From: a bacterium
Lineage (GTDB): Bacteria; Bacteroidota; Ignavibacteria; UBA10030
Direction: 5' to 3'
DNA length: 64,000 bases
Assembly (NCBI GenBank): GCA_043803945.1
Contig: JAZDJN010000016.1
Coordinates: 96,001-160,000, forward strand
Shown: piece by piece, positions 31,356 through 40,358 of the stretch
How positions within the stretch are numbered: the stretch's first letter is position 1
Layout of the letters: the number at the start of each line of letters is the position of its first letter
Translations under genes and position numbers: made by a program
The notes under the pieces: model-generated
What the model was told of the DNA's origin: nothing
Seen by the model: only the letters and a program-made list of their open reading frames with translations
Databases searched by the model: none

Positions 31356-31424
31356 CCGCCAAAAAGCGTGGCGAGACTGCCGGACAATAAAAAAAAGTGT
31401 AAAGGATAAAAGGAAAAAGGGTAA

Positions 31425-33242
31425 CTAAAGAGTTCTCGAAAGACGAAAACCGTTATTGTTGGTCCTGTTGGGCGCGTAGTCTTTAATGCGAAACGCAACA
31501 CGACAACCGTCGGCGTCGCCGCCCCACGACCCGCCGCGAACAACCCGGGCCGAGCCACTGCTTGGTCCGGATGGATTTATCTGAGAACCGGAAGAGTACG
31601 CTCCATACCAATCCTGACACCATTCCCATACATGACCACTCATATCATAGATACCAAGCTCATTTGCAGTTTTTGCTCCGACTGTGTGTGTTGTGTTACC
31701 CGAATTTGAAGAAGACCACGCTACTGTATTTACTGTACGACCGCCGCTATAGGTAAACCCCTGACCTTTATTTCCACCCCGCGCTGCGAACTCCCACTCA
31801 GCTTCAGTTGGCAATCGGTATTTATTTGTGTTCTCCTTTTGATTGAGCTTCTGAATGAACTCCTGCACATCATTCCAGCTCACTTGTTCCACAGGCCGAT
31901 TATCTCCTTTGAAGTTGCTTGGGTTGTTACCCATTATGGTCTGCCATTGTGCTTGCGTCACCTCATACTTGCCAATGTAGAACGGCTTATTTATCGTTAC
32001 CGTATGAACCGGCTTTTCATCATCCTTCCCATCATCACTTCCCATCTGAAATGTGCCAGGTTGTACAAGTACCAACTGCATGCCTATAGAATTGCTTATC
32101 GCAGGTAAATCTGTAGAGGCACTTTTTGTTGCGACCGGAGAAGCAGCCTCTTTCAATCTCTCCCAATATGCAATTTGAGTTTGTGCTTTCTCCCTCATCG
32201 TATTGACTTCGGTTGAGTATGGATCGTCTTCAGAATACGTTGTAACAAACCTTTTCCAGGCAGTCGCTTTCAAATCAGAAGAAACATTTCGCTTTTCATA
32301 AGCAAGGACATCCTGGAATGCCTTCTGCATTTCTTTCAGAGTAGTTGCCCATGCCTTTTTTACATCTTCTTCTTTCTTCGCCGCGGCGTCGAGATCAGAG
32401 AGAATGAATGGTCTTTGGGTAGGTTTGTTCGGGAGGTTGGCATCGGGGAGTTTATCATCACCAGTCACTTGCACGAAGTAAAACTCACCTTCAACAGAGG
32501 AGGCCGTCCATGGAATCTGCTTGCCGCCGGATGCTTGCTTAACGCTGCTCAAGACTGTTTTGAATACATCCTCCAATTTTACGCCCGGAGTTTTCATCTC
32601 GCGAACCAGCTCCTGAGTGTACAAGCCGTTTGCTCCCTCGCCATCGGCAGCTATGGAGCCAGGGGCAGTCGCATACGCGATGTATGTACCTGTCGGCGCT
32701 GTCATCTGCACGAGACCTCTATTTGCGCTTCTGTAGCTTCTGCCAAACGGATTATTGCGGCAAGCATCGAGAATCACAATGTTCATCCTGTTCTGGGCAG
32801 CTTCCATCTCTGCAAGAGCGTACCCCACATCAACAGCTTCAAGCTCAACATCCTGCTCTTTTGTAATGTCGGCAGCGATTGGTATCAGGTAGTTACGTCC
32901 GTTGGATTGAATACCATGTCCCGCATAATAGAAGAGACCAACACCGCTGCTTTTTATCTGTTGTCCAAACTCACGGATGATTCGTTTCATCTCTTTCTGG
33001 TTCAGGTTCTCTCCAGTCAATACTTTGAATCCGAGACTCTTCAGCGTTGCAGTTATGAGGCGTGCATCGTTGACGGGATTGCACAAGGGGGCCTCTTTGT
33101 AAGCAGCGTTACCAATAACGAGTGCGACGCGTTTTTCAGTTTGAAGTTCTTGCATTGTAGTTTTCATTCCGCGTTGCTGGCTAAAACAGAATGTTGATAT
33201 AAGCAGCAGTAGAGAAAGGAAAATTGTTCTCGCTGAAATCAT
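31425..33242 (-). CDS. Secreted caspase (peptidase C14) + FGE-sulfatase (SUMF1/CLec-fold) domain protein, putative DGR target
   Basis: Signal peptide; RVALVIGN, YYAGHG, ILDACRNNP; F.MG, YEVT..QW, P...VSW, RLPTEAEWE, DMSG.VWEW, RGGSW...GFR. Confidence 0.93.
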   Translation of the reverse strand: MISARTIFLSLLLLISTFCFSQQRGMKTTMQELQTEKRVALVIGNAAYKEAPLCNPVNDARLITATLKSLGFKVLTGENLNQKEMKRIIREFGQQIKSSGVGLFYYAGHGIQSNGRNYLIPIAADITKEQDVELEAVDVGYALAEMEAAQNRMNIVILDACRNNPFGRSYRSANRGLVQMTAPTGTYIAYATAPGSIAADGEGANGLYTQELVREMKTPGVKLEDVFKTVLSSVKQASGGKQIPWTASSVEGEFYFVQVTGDDKLPDANLPNKPTQRPFILSDLDAAAKKEEDVKKAWATTLKEMQKAFQDVLAYEKRNVSSDLKATAWKRFVTTYSEDDPYSTEVNTMREKAQTQIAYWERLKEAASPVATKSASTDLPAISNSIGMQLVLVQPGTFQMGSDDGKDDEKPVHTVTINKPFYIGKYEVTQAQWQTIMGNNPSNFKGDNRPVEQVSWNDVQEFIQKLNQKENTNKYRLPTEAEWEFAARGGNKGQGFTYSGGRTVNTVAWSSSNSGNTTHTVGAKTANELGIYDMSGHVWEWCQDWYGAYSSGSQINPSGPSSGSARVVRGGSWGGDADGCRVAFRIKDYAPNRTNNNGFRLSRTL

Positions 33243-33350
33243 ATCTGCCTCCTTTCATAATGTGGCAATGTACAAAGCAAGCGAGTTAGCCGCAAGATTG
33301 TCAACTCCAGCAAGTCGGGAGCTGGAGCTCCCTCCTAGAAAATTAAGATC

Positions 33351-33489
33351 TCCACAGATGGCACACCGAGACACACCGATAATGATTTTATTTGTGCTTT
33401 CTTCGAACAAAATCTTATACTACTTTTTTTCTCAGTGATTATCAGCCTGCCCGCCGAAGGCACGCAGGCGGGTGTGCCAACCGTGGTTA
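33351..33489. repeat. Imperfect palindromic element with inserted GC-rich hairpin
   Basis: ccacagatggcacaccga..caccgat versus ctcagtgattatcag[cctgcccgcc...ggcgg]gtgtgccaaccgtgg. Confidence 0.55.
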
Positions 33490-33523
33490 AAAAACTCATT
33501 ACCTGTTGAACTGAGCAGTTCCA

Positions 33524-34003
33524 TCATTTCTTCGATTTCTTTTTCTTCCCTTTGCCTTTCAACGATTTCACCTTTTTCACTTTTACTGTTCGTTTCTTCG
33601 CTTTGGATTTTGGTTTTGGTTTTGGTTTCGGTTTTTCCACCGGATCCGATTGCGGACCCTTCACGAGACCGACAACATTTCCATCCAAATCTGTGAACAT
33701 TGCGAAGGTAACCATGTTTGGAATTTCTGTTACAGGGACAATCACCGTAGCTCCCATTTGTACAGCTTTATCCAGAGAGGATTGTGGATCTTCAACCTGG
33801 ATATACACCGTCACAAACGTCGGCTTGTCAGGGGCAGGCGAACTAAAACCTCCACCAATTCCGAGTTTGAGACCGGTATTCACCATGACATAGTTCATTC
33901 CCTCCATTGGCTGGAAATTCCATCCAAACAAGGAAGAATAGAATTCACTCGCGCGTTTGAGATCTTTAGAATAGATCTCGAAATGAACAACTGCTGCACC
34001 CAT
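33524..34003 (-). CDS. VOC/glyoxalase family protein with Lys-rich C-terminal tail
   Basis: VVHFEI...FYSSLFGW...GIGGG...FTDLDGNVVGL; GGAGG RBS before MGAAVV. Confidence 0.88.
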   Translation of the reverse strand: MGAAVVHFEIYSKDLKRASEFYSSLFGWNFQPMEGMNYVMVNTGLKLGIGGGFSSPAPDKPTFVTVYIQVEDPQSSLDKAVQMGATVIVPVTEIPNMVTFAMFTDLDGNVVGLVKGPQSDPVEKPKPKPKPKSKAKKRTVKVKKVKSLKGKGKKKKSKK

Positions 34004-34101
34004 TTGGACCTCCAAAAGTATTTGAGTAATTGTGATTTGAAGTAGATAGAGTTAAAAGAACAGCATTATTCTATTCCGCCCCCTCCAGTCCAACTGATGA
34101 A

Positions 34102-36330
34102 TTACAAATTTCGTTTCCAGAAATCGATCTGGACATTGTTCCAGTGTGCTCTCCCCACCGGATCGCCCACACCATGGCCGCGCATTGGATACACCATCAG
34201 TTCAAAGAGTTTATTGGCCTTAATCAATTCATCAATGAATCGCCAGATATTCTGGATGTGCACATTATCATCATGGGACCCATGGATCAGCATTAACTTT
34301 CCATGTAAATCCTCGGCATACTTCAGCAAGGAATTCTCCTCATATCCTTTCAGGTTCTCCTTCTCAGTTTTCATCACCGCTTCTGCCCACTTTGAATCAT
34401 AGAAACGGTAATCGGTGACCGAGCCTCCTGCCATGCCCGCTTTGAATTCCTTCGAGCGGGTCATCGCCAATATGGTATTCGTACCTCCTCCGCTCCAGCC
34501 ATAAATGCCGAAACGCTCAGGATCGATGCCCGGCTGCTTCTTCATCCAACGAACACCATCAACCAGATCATTCAGTTCAATTTCTCCCGGTGAACGGTAG
34601 AGAATCAAATTCTCGAGCTTCTTGCTTCTCCCGGTCGCAGCACGGTTATCGACCTTCATACAAATGTACCCCTGATTCAATAAGACATTCTCCCATACAA
34701 CATCATTACCGAACGCATTCGAGACCTGAGGAGCTGAAGGGCCTCCATAGACGTAGACAATGACCGGATACTTCTTATTTGGATCGAAATCCTTTGGCTT
34801 CCTAATCGATGCAGGAAGCAGATATCCATCGCGTGCCGGTATCTGAAAAAGCTCCACATATTGAACATCATACTTCTTCAATCCTGCATAATTGCTCTCT
34901 GCCAGCACACTCTTTTTTCCCTTCTTCACTTCATAAAGAGTCAGTGATGGGGGTGCAGTAATATTGGAGTACCGGTCAAAGTAATACTTGCAATTCTTGC
35001 TCAAGGCAATGGCATGAGTACCTTCCTGTTCTGTCAGGACTTCAAGTTGCGTACCGTCAAACTTCACCCGATAGAGATGTCGTTCGATGGAAGATTTTCC
35101 CAATCCGGTAAAATAGACCCATCCCTCCTTCTCATCGATCCCCGCCACAGCTTGTCGAATCCAGAATGCACCTCCTCCCGAGGAACGCATACTCCACTCT
35201 CCGGGTGTCACAAGATTGACAAGCTTCCCTTCCATCGTGAAGCGATAAAGGTGCTCGTATCCATCACGTTCTGACGAAAGAAGAAAATGCTTTCCATCCT
35301 TCAGAAAGTACAGATCGTCGGTCATATTGACCCAGCCCTCATCGGTATCCTTCAAGATAAATTTTGATTTCCCGGACGCACGATCGATGAAGTACAAGTC
35401 GCTCTCTGTTTGTAACCGATTCTGAGTTCGCACACAAACCTGTTTATTATCAGGCAGCCAATTGACCCGGATGATGTACTCATAAGAATTGCGATCGATG
35501 TCGGCCCAGGTGGTTTTCTCGGAACTAATCTCGATGACACCAAGTCGAACCGCAGGATTTTTCTCACCGGCCTTCGGATAGCGTTGGGTTGTTACTGTTG
35601 GAGTCCAGGGTGTAATATCGACATAATGTTGAACGCTCACTCCCGACTCGTCGGTCTGTAGATAAGCGACTGCTTTTGAATCTTCCGACCACCAGTACCC
35701 GATATCGCGCCTGCCAAAGATCTCCTCCCAATAAACCCAGGAGAGTGTTCCATTCAAGAGTGTCTTGGATCCATCATTCGTTAACCGAGCTTCTTTCTTC
35801 TGTACGATGTCGTAAACATACAGATCATTCTCTCGTACGAAAGCGATTTTGTTTCCATCGGGAGAGAATGTTGCAGATTTCTCGTCCTGGGATGTGTTGG
35901 TGATTCGATAAAATTCGGCACTGGGAATATCGAGGATAAAGATGTCGCCCCTAAGAAGGTAAAGGCCTTTTTTTCCATCAGTCGTCATGAGTGTTGGAAC
36001 GGGATTCATTCGCGGAGCCTGCCCATCCGGGAATAACTTGCTGAGGCTCGCTGCAGCCTTAGCCCGATCGAGCATCGGTGTACGTTTGCCAGTGGCTGGG
36101 TCGAATCGTTCCAATGTTTGTTCTGCTGCAGGTTTTCGTGTATCATAGATCACTGCAGTGTTATCGTCGAGCCACCATGTTCTTGGTGTACTGAATGCCT
36201 GAAAAATCGTCGGATCACTCATCGTCTCCAGGCTCAGCTTGAGCGGTTGTTGGGCAACTCCTGTAGTCGTCCAGCAGTTGAGACAGATCAATACAACAAA
36301 GAAAACTATGGAGCTTGAAGATCTTCTCAT
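34102..36330 (-). CDS. S9B dipeptidyl peptidase IV family
   Basis: Signal peptide; WVYWEE, RYPKAG, VYGGP, GWSGGG nucleophile, DDNVH, His in RGHG. Confidence 0.93.
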   Translation of the reverse strand: MRRSSSSIVFFVVLICLNCWTTTGVAQQPLKLSLETMSDPTIFQAFSTPRTWWLDDNTAVIYDTRKPAAEQTLERFDPATGKRTPMLDRAKAAASLSKLFPDGQAPRMNPVPTLMTTDGKKGLYLLRGDIFILDIPSAEFYRITNTSQDEKSATFSPDGNKIAFVRENDLYVYDIVQKKEARLTNDGSKTLLNGTLSWVYWEEIFGRRDIGYWWSEDSKAVAYLQTDESGVSVQHYVDITPWTPTVTTQRYPKAGEKNPAVRLGVIEISSEKTTWADIDRNSYEYIIRVNWLPDNKQVCVRTQNRLQTESDLYFIDRASGKSKFILKDTDEGWVNMTDDLYFLKDGKHFLLSSERDGYEHLYRFTMEGKLVNLVTPGEWSMRSSGGGAFWIRQAVAGIDEKEGWVYFTGLGKSSIERHLYRVKFDGTQLEVLTEQEGTHAIALSKNCKYYFDRYSNITAPPSLTLYEVKKGKKSVLAESNYAGLKKYDVQYVELFQIPARDGYLLPASIRKPKDFDPNKKYPVIVYVYGGPSAPQVSNAFGNDVVWENVLLNQGYICMKVDNRAATGRSKKLENLILYRSPGEIELNDLVDGVRWMKKQPGIDPERFGIYGWSGGGTNTILAMTRSKEFKAGMAGGSVTDYRFYDSKWAEAVMKTEKENLKGYEENSLLKYAEDLHGKLMLIHGSHDDNVHIQNIWRFIDELIKANKLFELMVYPMRGHGVGDPVGRAHWNNVQIDFWKRNL

Positions 36331-36415
36331 GATAGTATCTCCTTACTTATAAGATTTTATTTATTGCGTCGTCGAATGAGCAGGGTACTACTCACAGTGT
36401 GACAGTAGAATGACC

Positions 36416-37378
36416 CTATCGTACTTTCCAGAGAAAGTCCCTCTTCTGGAAAAAGTGTCTGATCTGTTGTACACTCATTTCTGATTTTCGCAAAAGTGCT
36501 TCAGAAGAATTAAACGCGTTATGTGGTGTCAGCAGAACATTGGAATGGGAAAGCAGCCGATCGATCAACTCGACGGTGGATGGAATTCCCTTCTTTCTGT
36601 TCCGAAGAGAGACTGCGAGAGTACTTTCCTCTTCGAACACATCCAGTCCAAGCCCGGCAAGATGACCCTCCTTCAGAAGGCGATCCAGATCATGAAGCGG
36701 AGAGAGTTCTCCCCGGGCAATATTGACAAACATGATTCCTTTTTTTGCTGCGTCCAACAGTGCATGGTTGAAGTATGCGCGGTTTTCAGTAGTAAGATTC
36801 ATCGAACAAACAATGACATCCGCCCAGTGAATTCCCTCCTCCTTCGATACAAATTTTACATCTGCTTTGTCTGGCACGATATCGACACCATGGACATGAA
36901 AACCCAGCCCTTTGGCAACCTTGACAATTTCGCTTCCGATCCTGCCGACACCGACGACGAGGAGTTTCTTTCCTTCACATTCAATGCCGGTCAGGCCATC
37001 CCGTTCAAATGATGGAAATTGCCGAATCTGTTGGGGAAGTTTTCTCAAGAGTGCCATTACCATCATCATCGCATGTTCAGCGACTGCCCGCGTTGAATAT
37101 TCATTGAGATATCCCAGCAAGACAGGTGTGGAAACTTGCGCTTTAAATTTCACAAGATGATCATAACCGGTACTGCGGCTCAGAACCGCATCGATTATTC
37201 CACCCCATTCAGGAGGAATGATCGATTGTGTCCGAATACTAATCAGCCGTGCCGGAGGATCCGTATGGCCGGTTTCCTGGATGGTTTTATCGGTCGTTTG
37301 GTAAGAATATTCCGAGCCGAGGAGATGCCGCAATGTCTCGGCTTCTTCTGCAAACGCTTCATAGAAATGGATATCCAT
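36416..37378 (-). CDS. D-isomer specific 2-hydroxyacid dehydrogenase
   Basis: RSTGYDH, AVAEHA, GVGRIG, VNIARG, LDVFEEE, TPHNAF; start refined to MDIHFY. Confidence 0.9.
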   Translation of the reverse strand: MDIHFYEAFAEEAETLRHLLGSEYSYQTTDKTIQETGHTDPPARLISIRTQSIIPPEWGGIIDAVLSRSTGYDHLVKFKAQVSTPVLLGYLNEYSTRAVAEHAMMMVMALLRKLPQQIRQFPSFERDGLTGIECEGKKLLVVGVGRIGSEIVKVAKGLGFHVHGVDIVPDKADVKFVSKEEGIHWADVIVCSMNLTTENRAYFNHALLDAAKKGIMFVNIARGELSPLHDLDRLLKEGHLAGLGLDVFEEESTLAVSLRNRKKGIPSTVELIDRLLSHSNVLLTPHNAFNSSEALLRKSEMSVQQIRHFFQKRDFLWKVR

Positions 37379-37572
37379 TGGTGCGATGCCTGCAATACTG
37401 GAATTGATGATGATTTTGATGCGAAGGATTGTAAGAAAAGTTTTAAGAGCGGTCAAGTCACTTATTGTAGAAGCATGGCGGGAATGTACTTTATCCCCCC
37501 TTCTCCTTGCATCGTGGGCAATATTACGATACATTTTAGCAGAAAAGAGAGGGATTTCAACAGACAGTGAGC

Positions 37573-38268
37573 ATGAAAAAAGCCGTCATATTATTGAGCG
37601 GAGGCCTCGATTCGGCGACCACCCTGGCTATAGCTAGCCACGAAGGGTATGAATGCTACGCTCTTACGTTCTCCTATGGGCAACGTCATCGATTCGAACT
37701 CGAATCGGCAAAAAAAGTCGCTCAAAGTCTTGGAGTGGTAGAGCATAAGGTACTGTCGATTGACCTCGCCTCCTTTGGCGGCTCGGCCCTCACTGATTCC
37801 ATTGAAGTACCAAAGCAGCGGACAGAACGTGAAATCAGTACAGAAATTCCAGTTACCTACGTCCCTGCAAGAAATACAATCTTCCTCTCATTTGCTCTGG
37901 CGTTTGTTGAGGTGATTCAGGCAGAGGATATTTTTATCGGTGTGAATGCTATTGATTATAGTGGATATCCCGATTGCAGGCCTGAGTATATCTCCGCTTT
38001 TCAGCAGATGGCGAATCTTGCAACCAAGGCTGCGGTTGAGGGAACGATGAAACTGACGATTCACACACCTCTCCTGCGGCTGTCGAAAGCAGAGATCATT
38101 CGAGCCGGCAGGAATTTGGGAGTCGATTACTCTTTGACAAGCAGTTGCTATGATCCTTCTGAACATGGAGATCCGTGCGGATTGTGTGATGCATGCATGT
38201 TACGAAAGAAAGGATTCGCAACGGCCGGAATGACAGATCCATTGAACTATCGAGTAACCGGAGTATAG
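37573..38268 (+). CDS. queC: 7-cyano-7-deazaguanine synthase
   Basis: SGGLDS, YGQRH, TYVPARN, SGYPDCR, SCY...CG.CDAC. Confidence 0.97.
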   Translation: MKKAVILLSGGLDSATTLAIASHEGYECYALTFSYGQRHRFELESAKKVAQSLGVVEHKVLSIDLASFGGSALTDSIEVPKQRTEREISTEIPVTYVPARNTIFLSFALAFVEVIQAEDIFIGVNAIDYSGYPDCRPEYISAFQQMANLATKAAVEGTMKLTIHTPLLRLSKAEIIRAGRNLGVDYSLTSSCYDPSEHGDPCGLCDACMLRKKGFATAGMTDPLNYRVTGV

Positions 38269-38291
38269 AATATTTTGGAGAGAGGAGCAGT

Positions 38292-38651
38292 ATGGAGATT
38301 TTTGAGGAATTTTCATTCGAAGCATCGCATCGATTACCAAACGTACCCGACGGGCATAAGTGCAAACAGTTGCACGGACATTCCTACCGAGTGGTCGTTC
38401 ATTTAGAAGGGCCAGTTGATCCTCACGTCGGTTGGGTTGTTGATTTTTGGGATGTAGGGAAGATATGTAAACCCGTCATTGAAAAGCTCGATCATCGATG
38501 CCTTAATGACGTTGAGGGGTTGGAGAATCCAACGAGTGAGTACATTGCCCGCTGGATCTGGGATCACGTAAAACCTTCCATGCCGCTGCTCAACAAAGTG
38601 GTTGTAAAAGAATCAGCAACGAGCGGTTGCATCTATCGGGGCGAGGGATAA
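38292..38651 (+). CDS. queD: 6-carboxytetrahydropterin synthase
   Basis: FEASHRL, CKQLHGHSY, LDH, NPTSE. Confidence 0.95.
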   Translation: MEIFEEFSFEASHRLPNVPDGHKCKQLHGHSYRVVVHLEGPVDPHVGWVVDFWDVGKICKPVIEKLDHRCLNDVEGLENPTSEYIARWIWDHVKPSMPLLNKVVVKESATSGCIYRGEG

Positions 38652-38670
38652 CAGGGTTCTCCCGAGCGAT

Positions 38671-39378
38671 CTACACTCCTCTTCGATTTCCGAACAGCTC
38701 AATATGCAATCGTGGACTGAGACGATATCCTCTCCTTTGGCATAGCGTCTTCAGCCATTCCGTTTTTTCCCGAAGCTCATCTTGCTCCCTCGCTTGTGGC
38801 ATCAGAAGGATGTTTTCAAGTGGAATCGAAGCTTGCTGAGCCAGCCTCTCCACCTCAATCAGATCATTTTCTGAATCGATGACAAATTTAAATTGCACAT
38901 TGGCATCGGGCGGTCGATACAACTCCAGATATTGGGAGATGACATCCGGACGCAGCCTGTAGCGTTCATGCGATCGTTCAAACTTTCCTCTCGGAGTGGA
39001 GTTCGAAAGTTTCGGGCTCATGGAAATGAGTTGCGCTCGAAGCGGGATGAATATTGTTGCATTCGTCTCGATTGTACAGTGATAACCATCGGCAGAGAGG
39101 ATTGCACAGAGGTCGGGGAGTTCATGCCGCTGCAGGAGAGGCTCTCCCCCTGTAATGACGACGTGCCTGCTTGGTGATGCTTGGTTTGCTGCAAGGTGAC
39201 GCACGCGCGAATAGATTTGTGAGACGGTCATCTGCTCCAATTCGGGTGCCCAGCTCGTATACGGTGTATCGCACCACCAGCAGCGCAGGTTGCAAATGCT
39301 TGTTCTAATGAATACCGATGGTGTCCCTGCAAGCATTCCCTCGCCCTGAATCGAATGAAATATCTCCGATATCTGCAT
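38671..39378 (-). CDS. queE: 7-carboxy-7-deazaguanine synthase (radical SAM)
   Basis: EIFHSIQGEG, CNLRCWWCDT, ITGGEP, IETN, SPK. Confidence 0.93.
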   Translation of the reverse strand: MQISEIFHSIQGEGMLAGTPSVFIRTSICNLRCWWCDTPYTSWAPELEQMTVSQIYSRVRHLAANQASPSRHVVITGGEPLLQRHELPDLCAILSADGYHCTIETNATIFIPLRAQLISMSPKLSNSTPRGKFERSHERYRLRPDVISQYLELYRPPDANVQFKFVIDSENDLIEVERLAQQASIPLENILLMPQAREQDELREKTEWLKTLCQRRGYRLSPRLHIELFGNRRGV

Positions 39379-39514
39379 AGTTCATTCCGGGTCGGTCACC
39401 ATCTGTTCCTTTGTCAGAAAAATATAAAGACCTCTTGAAACCGCCTCTTGAGAATAGATCTGGTTGGCTGTTTCATCCTAACTAGAAAAGCGGCGGCGAT
39501 GGAATTCGAATCCA

Positions 39515-40138
39515 TCACTCTTTTCTCATTGCGATGGAATTCAGCAGTTGATTGAATTCCCCGGCGGCATCAATGACAGTTTTATTTAATCCAACCAGCT
39601 TGAAGAAAACATTCCCCTCGGTTCCCTCCACGAGAACGCCGAGCATTCTGCAATTTTCTGCCTTCAGAGTATCGACAATGCCAATGCGTTTAAGATATGT
39701 TCCAGTCAGATGGATGGAGGTCATCATGAACCCATTTTTTTCGACGACATCCCGATCAGAAAAAGTCACGTCCTGAAATTCTCTCACCACACGTCCGAGG
39801 ACAGATACTGTGTCTCCGGGTAGAGGAGTGCTGACAAGATAGATGCTACACTGGGCAGGTTCCGGATCTCCCACACTCTGAGGAATTATATACAATCTGA
39901 TCAGACTCGATCCATGATCTGCCTTTATCCATCGCGATGGATGGGACCATTTGAGACCCCCAGTTGGGCCATCAAATGATTCCGGTACAACAGGGCGAAC
40001 GATGGTCTTGGAATCTTCGCTCGTACCGCACCCGAAGAACAGGGCAGCGCCAACTGCACCGATCACAAAGAGCCAAAGAGAACTCCAATGAACGCGAGTA
40101 GCAATTCTCCTGAGGCCTATCATTTGATTTTGTGACAT
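39515..40138 (-). CDS. Hypothetical lipoprotein
   Basis: TM helix ending FFGC; C-terminal MLGVLVEGTEGNVFFKLVG. Confidence 0.6.
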   Translation of the reverse strand: MSQNQMIGLRRIATRVHWSSLWLFVIGAVGAALFFGCGTSEDSKTIVRPVVPESFDGPTGGLKWSHPSRWIKADHGSSLIRLYIIPQSVGDPEPAQCSIYLVSTPLPGDTVSVLGRVVREFQDVTFSDRDVVEKNGFMMTSIHLTGTYLKRIGIVDTLKAENCRMLGVLVEGTEGNVFFKLVGLNKTVIDAAGEFNQLLNSIAMRKE

Positions 40139-40358
40139 TGTACCTGCAAATCTTATTATGCTTTAAGAATTAGTTTAGCCGAGATACCATTACCAGTGTA
40201 CAATATTTTTTCCATAGATGGAATCGACACAATCTTGAGAATTTGACAGAAAAGCTGCTGTAGTATGTTATACCATAAAAGAATACTTGAAGATATCAAT
40301 TCACAGTGTTAACTTAATTCCAGGTACTATTAACCTCACTACACGTCTGGATATCACT

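Noticed and set aside
37573-39378. 7-deazaguanine DNA-modification (dpd) island
   Set aside because: No dpdA/tgt-like or dnd genes nearby; queC-queD plus convergent queE fits ordinary queuosine synthesis
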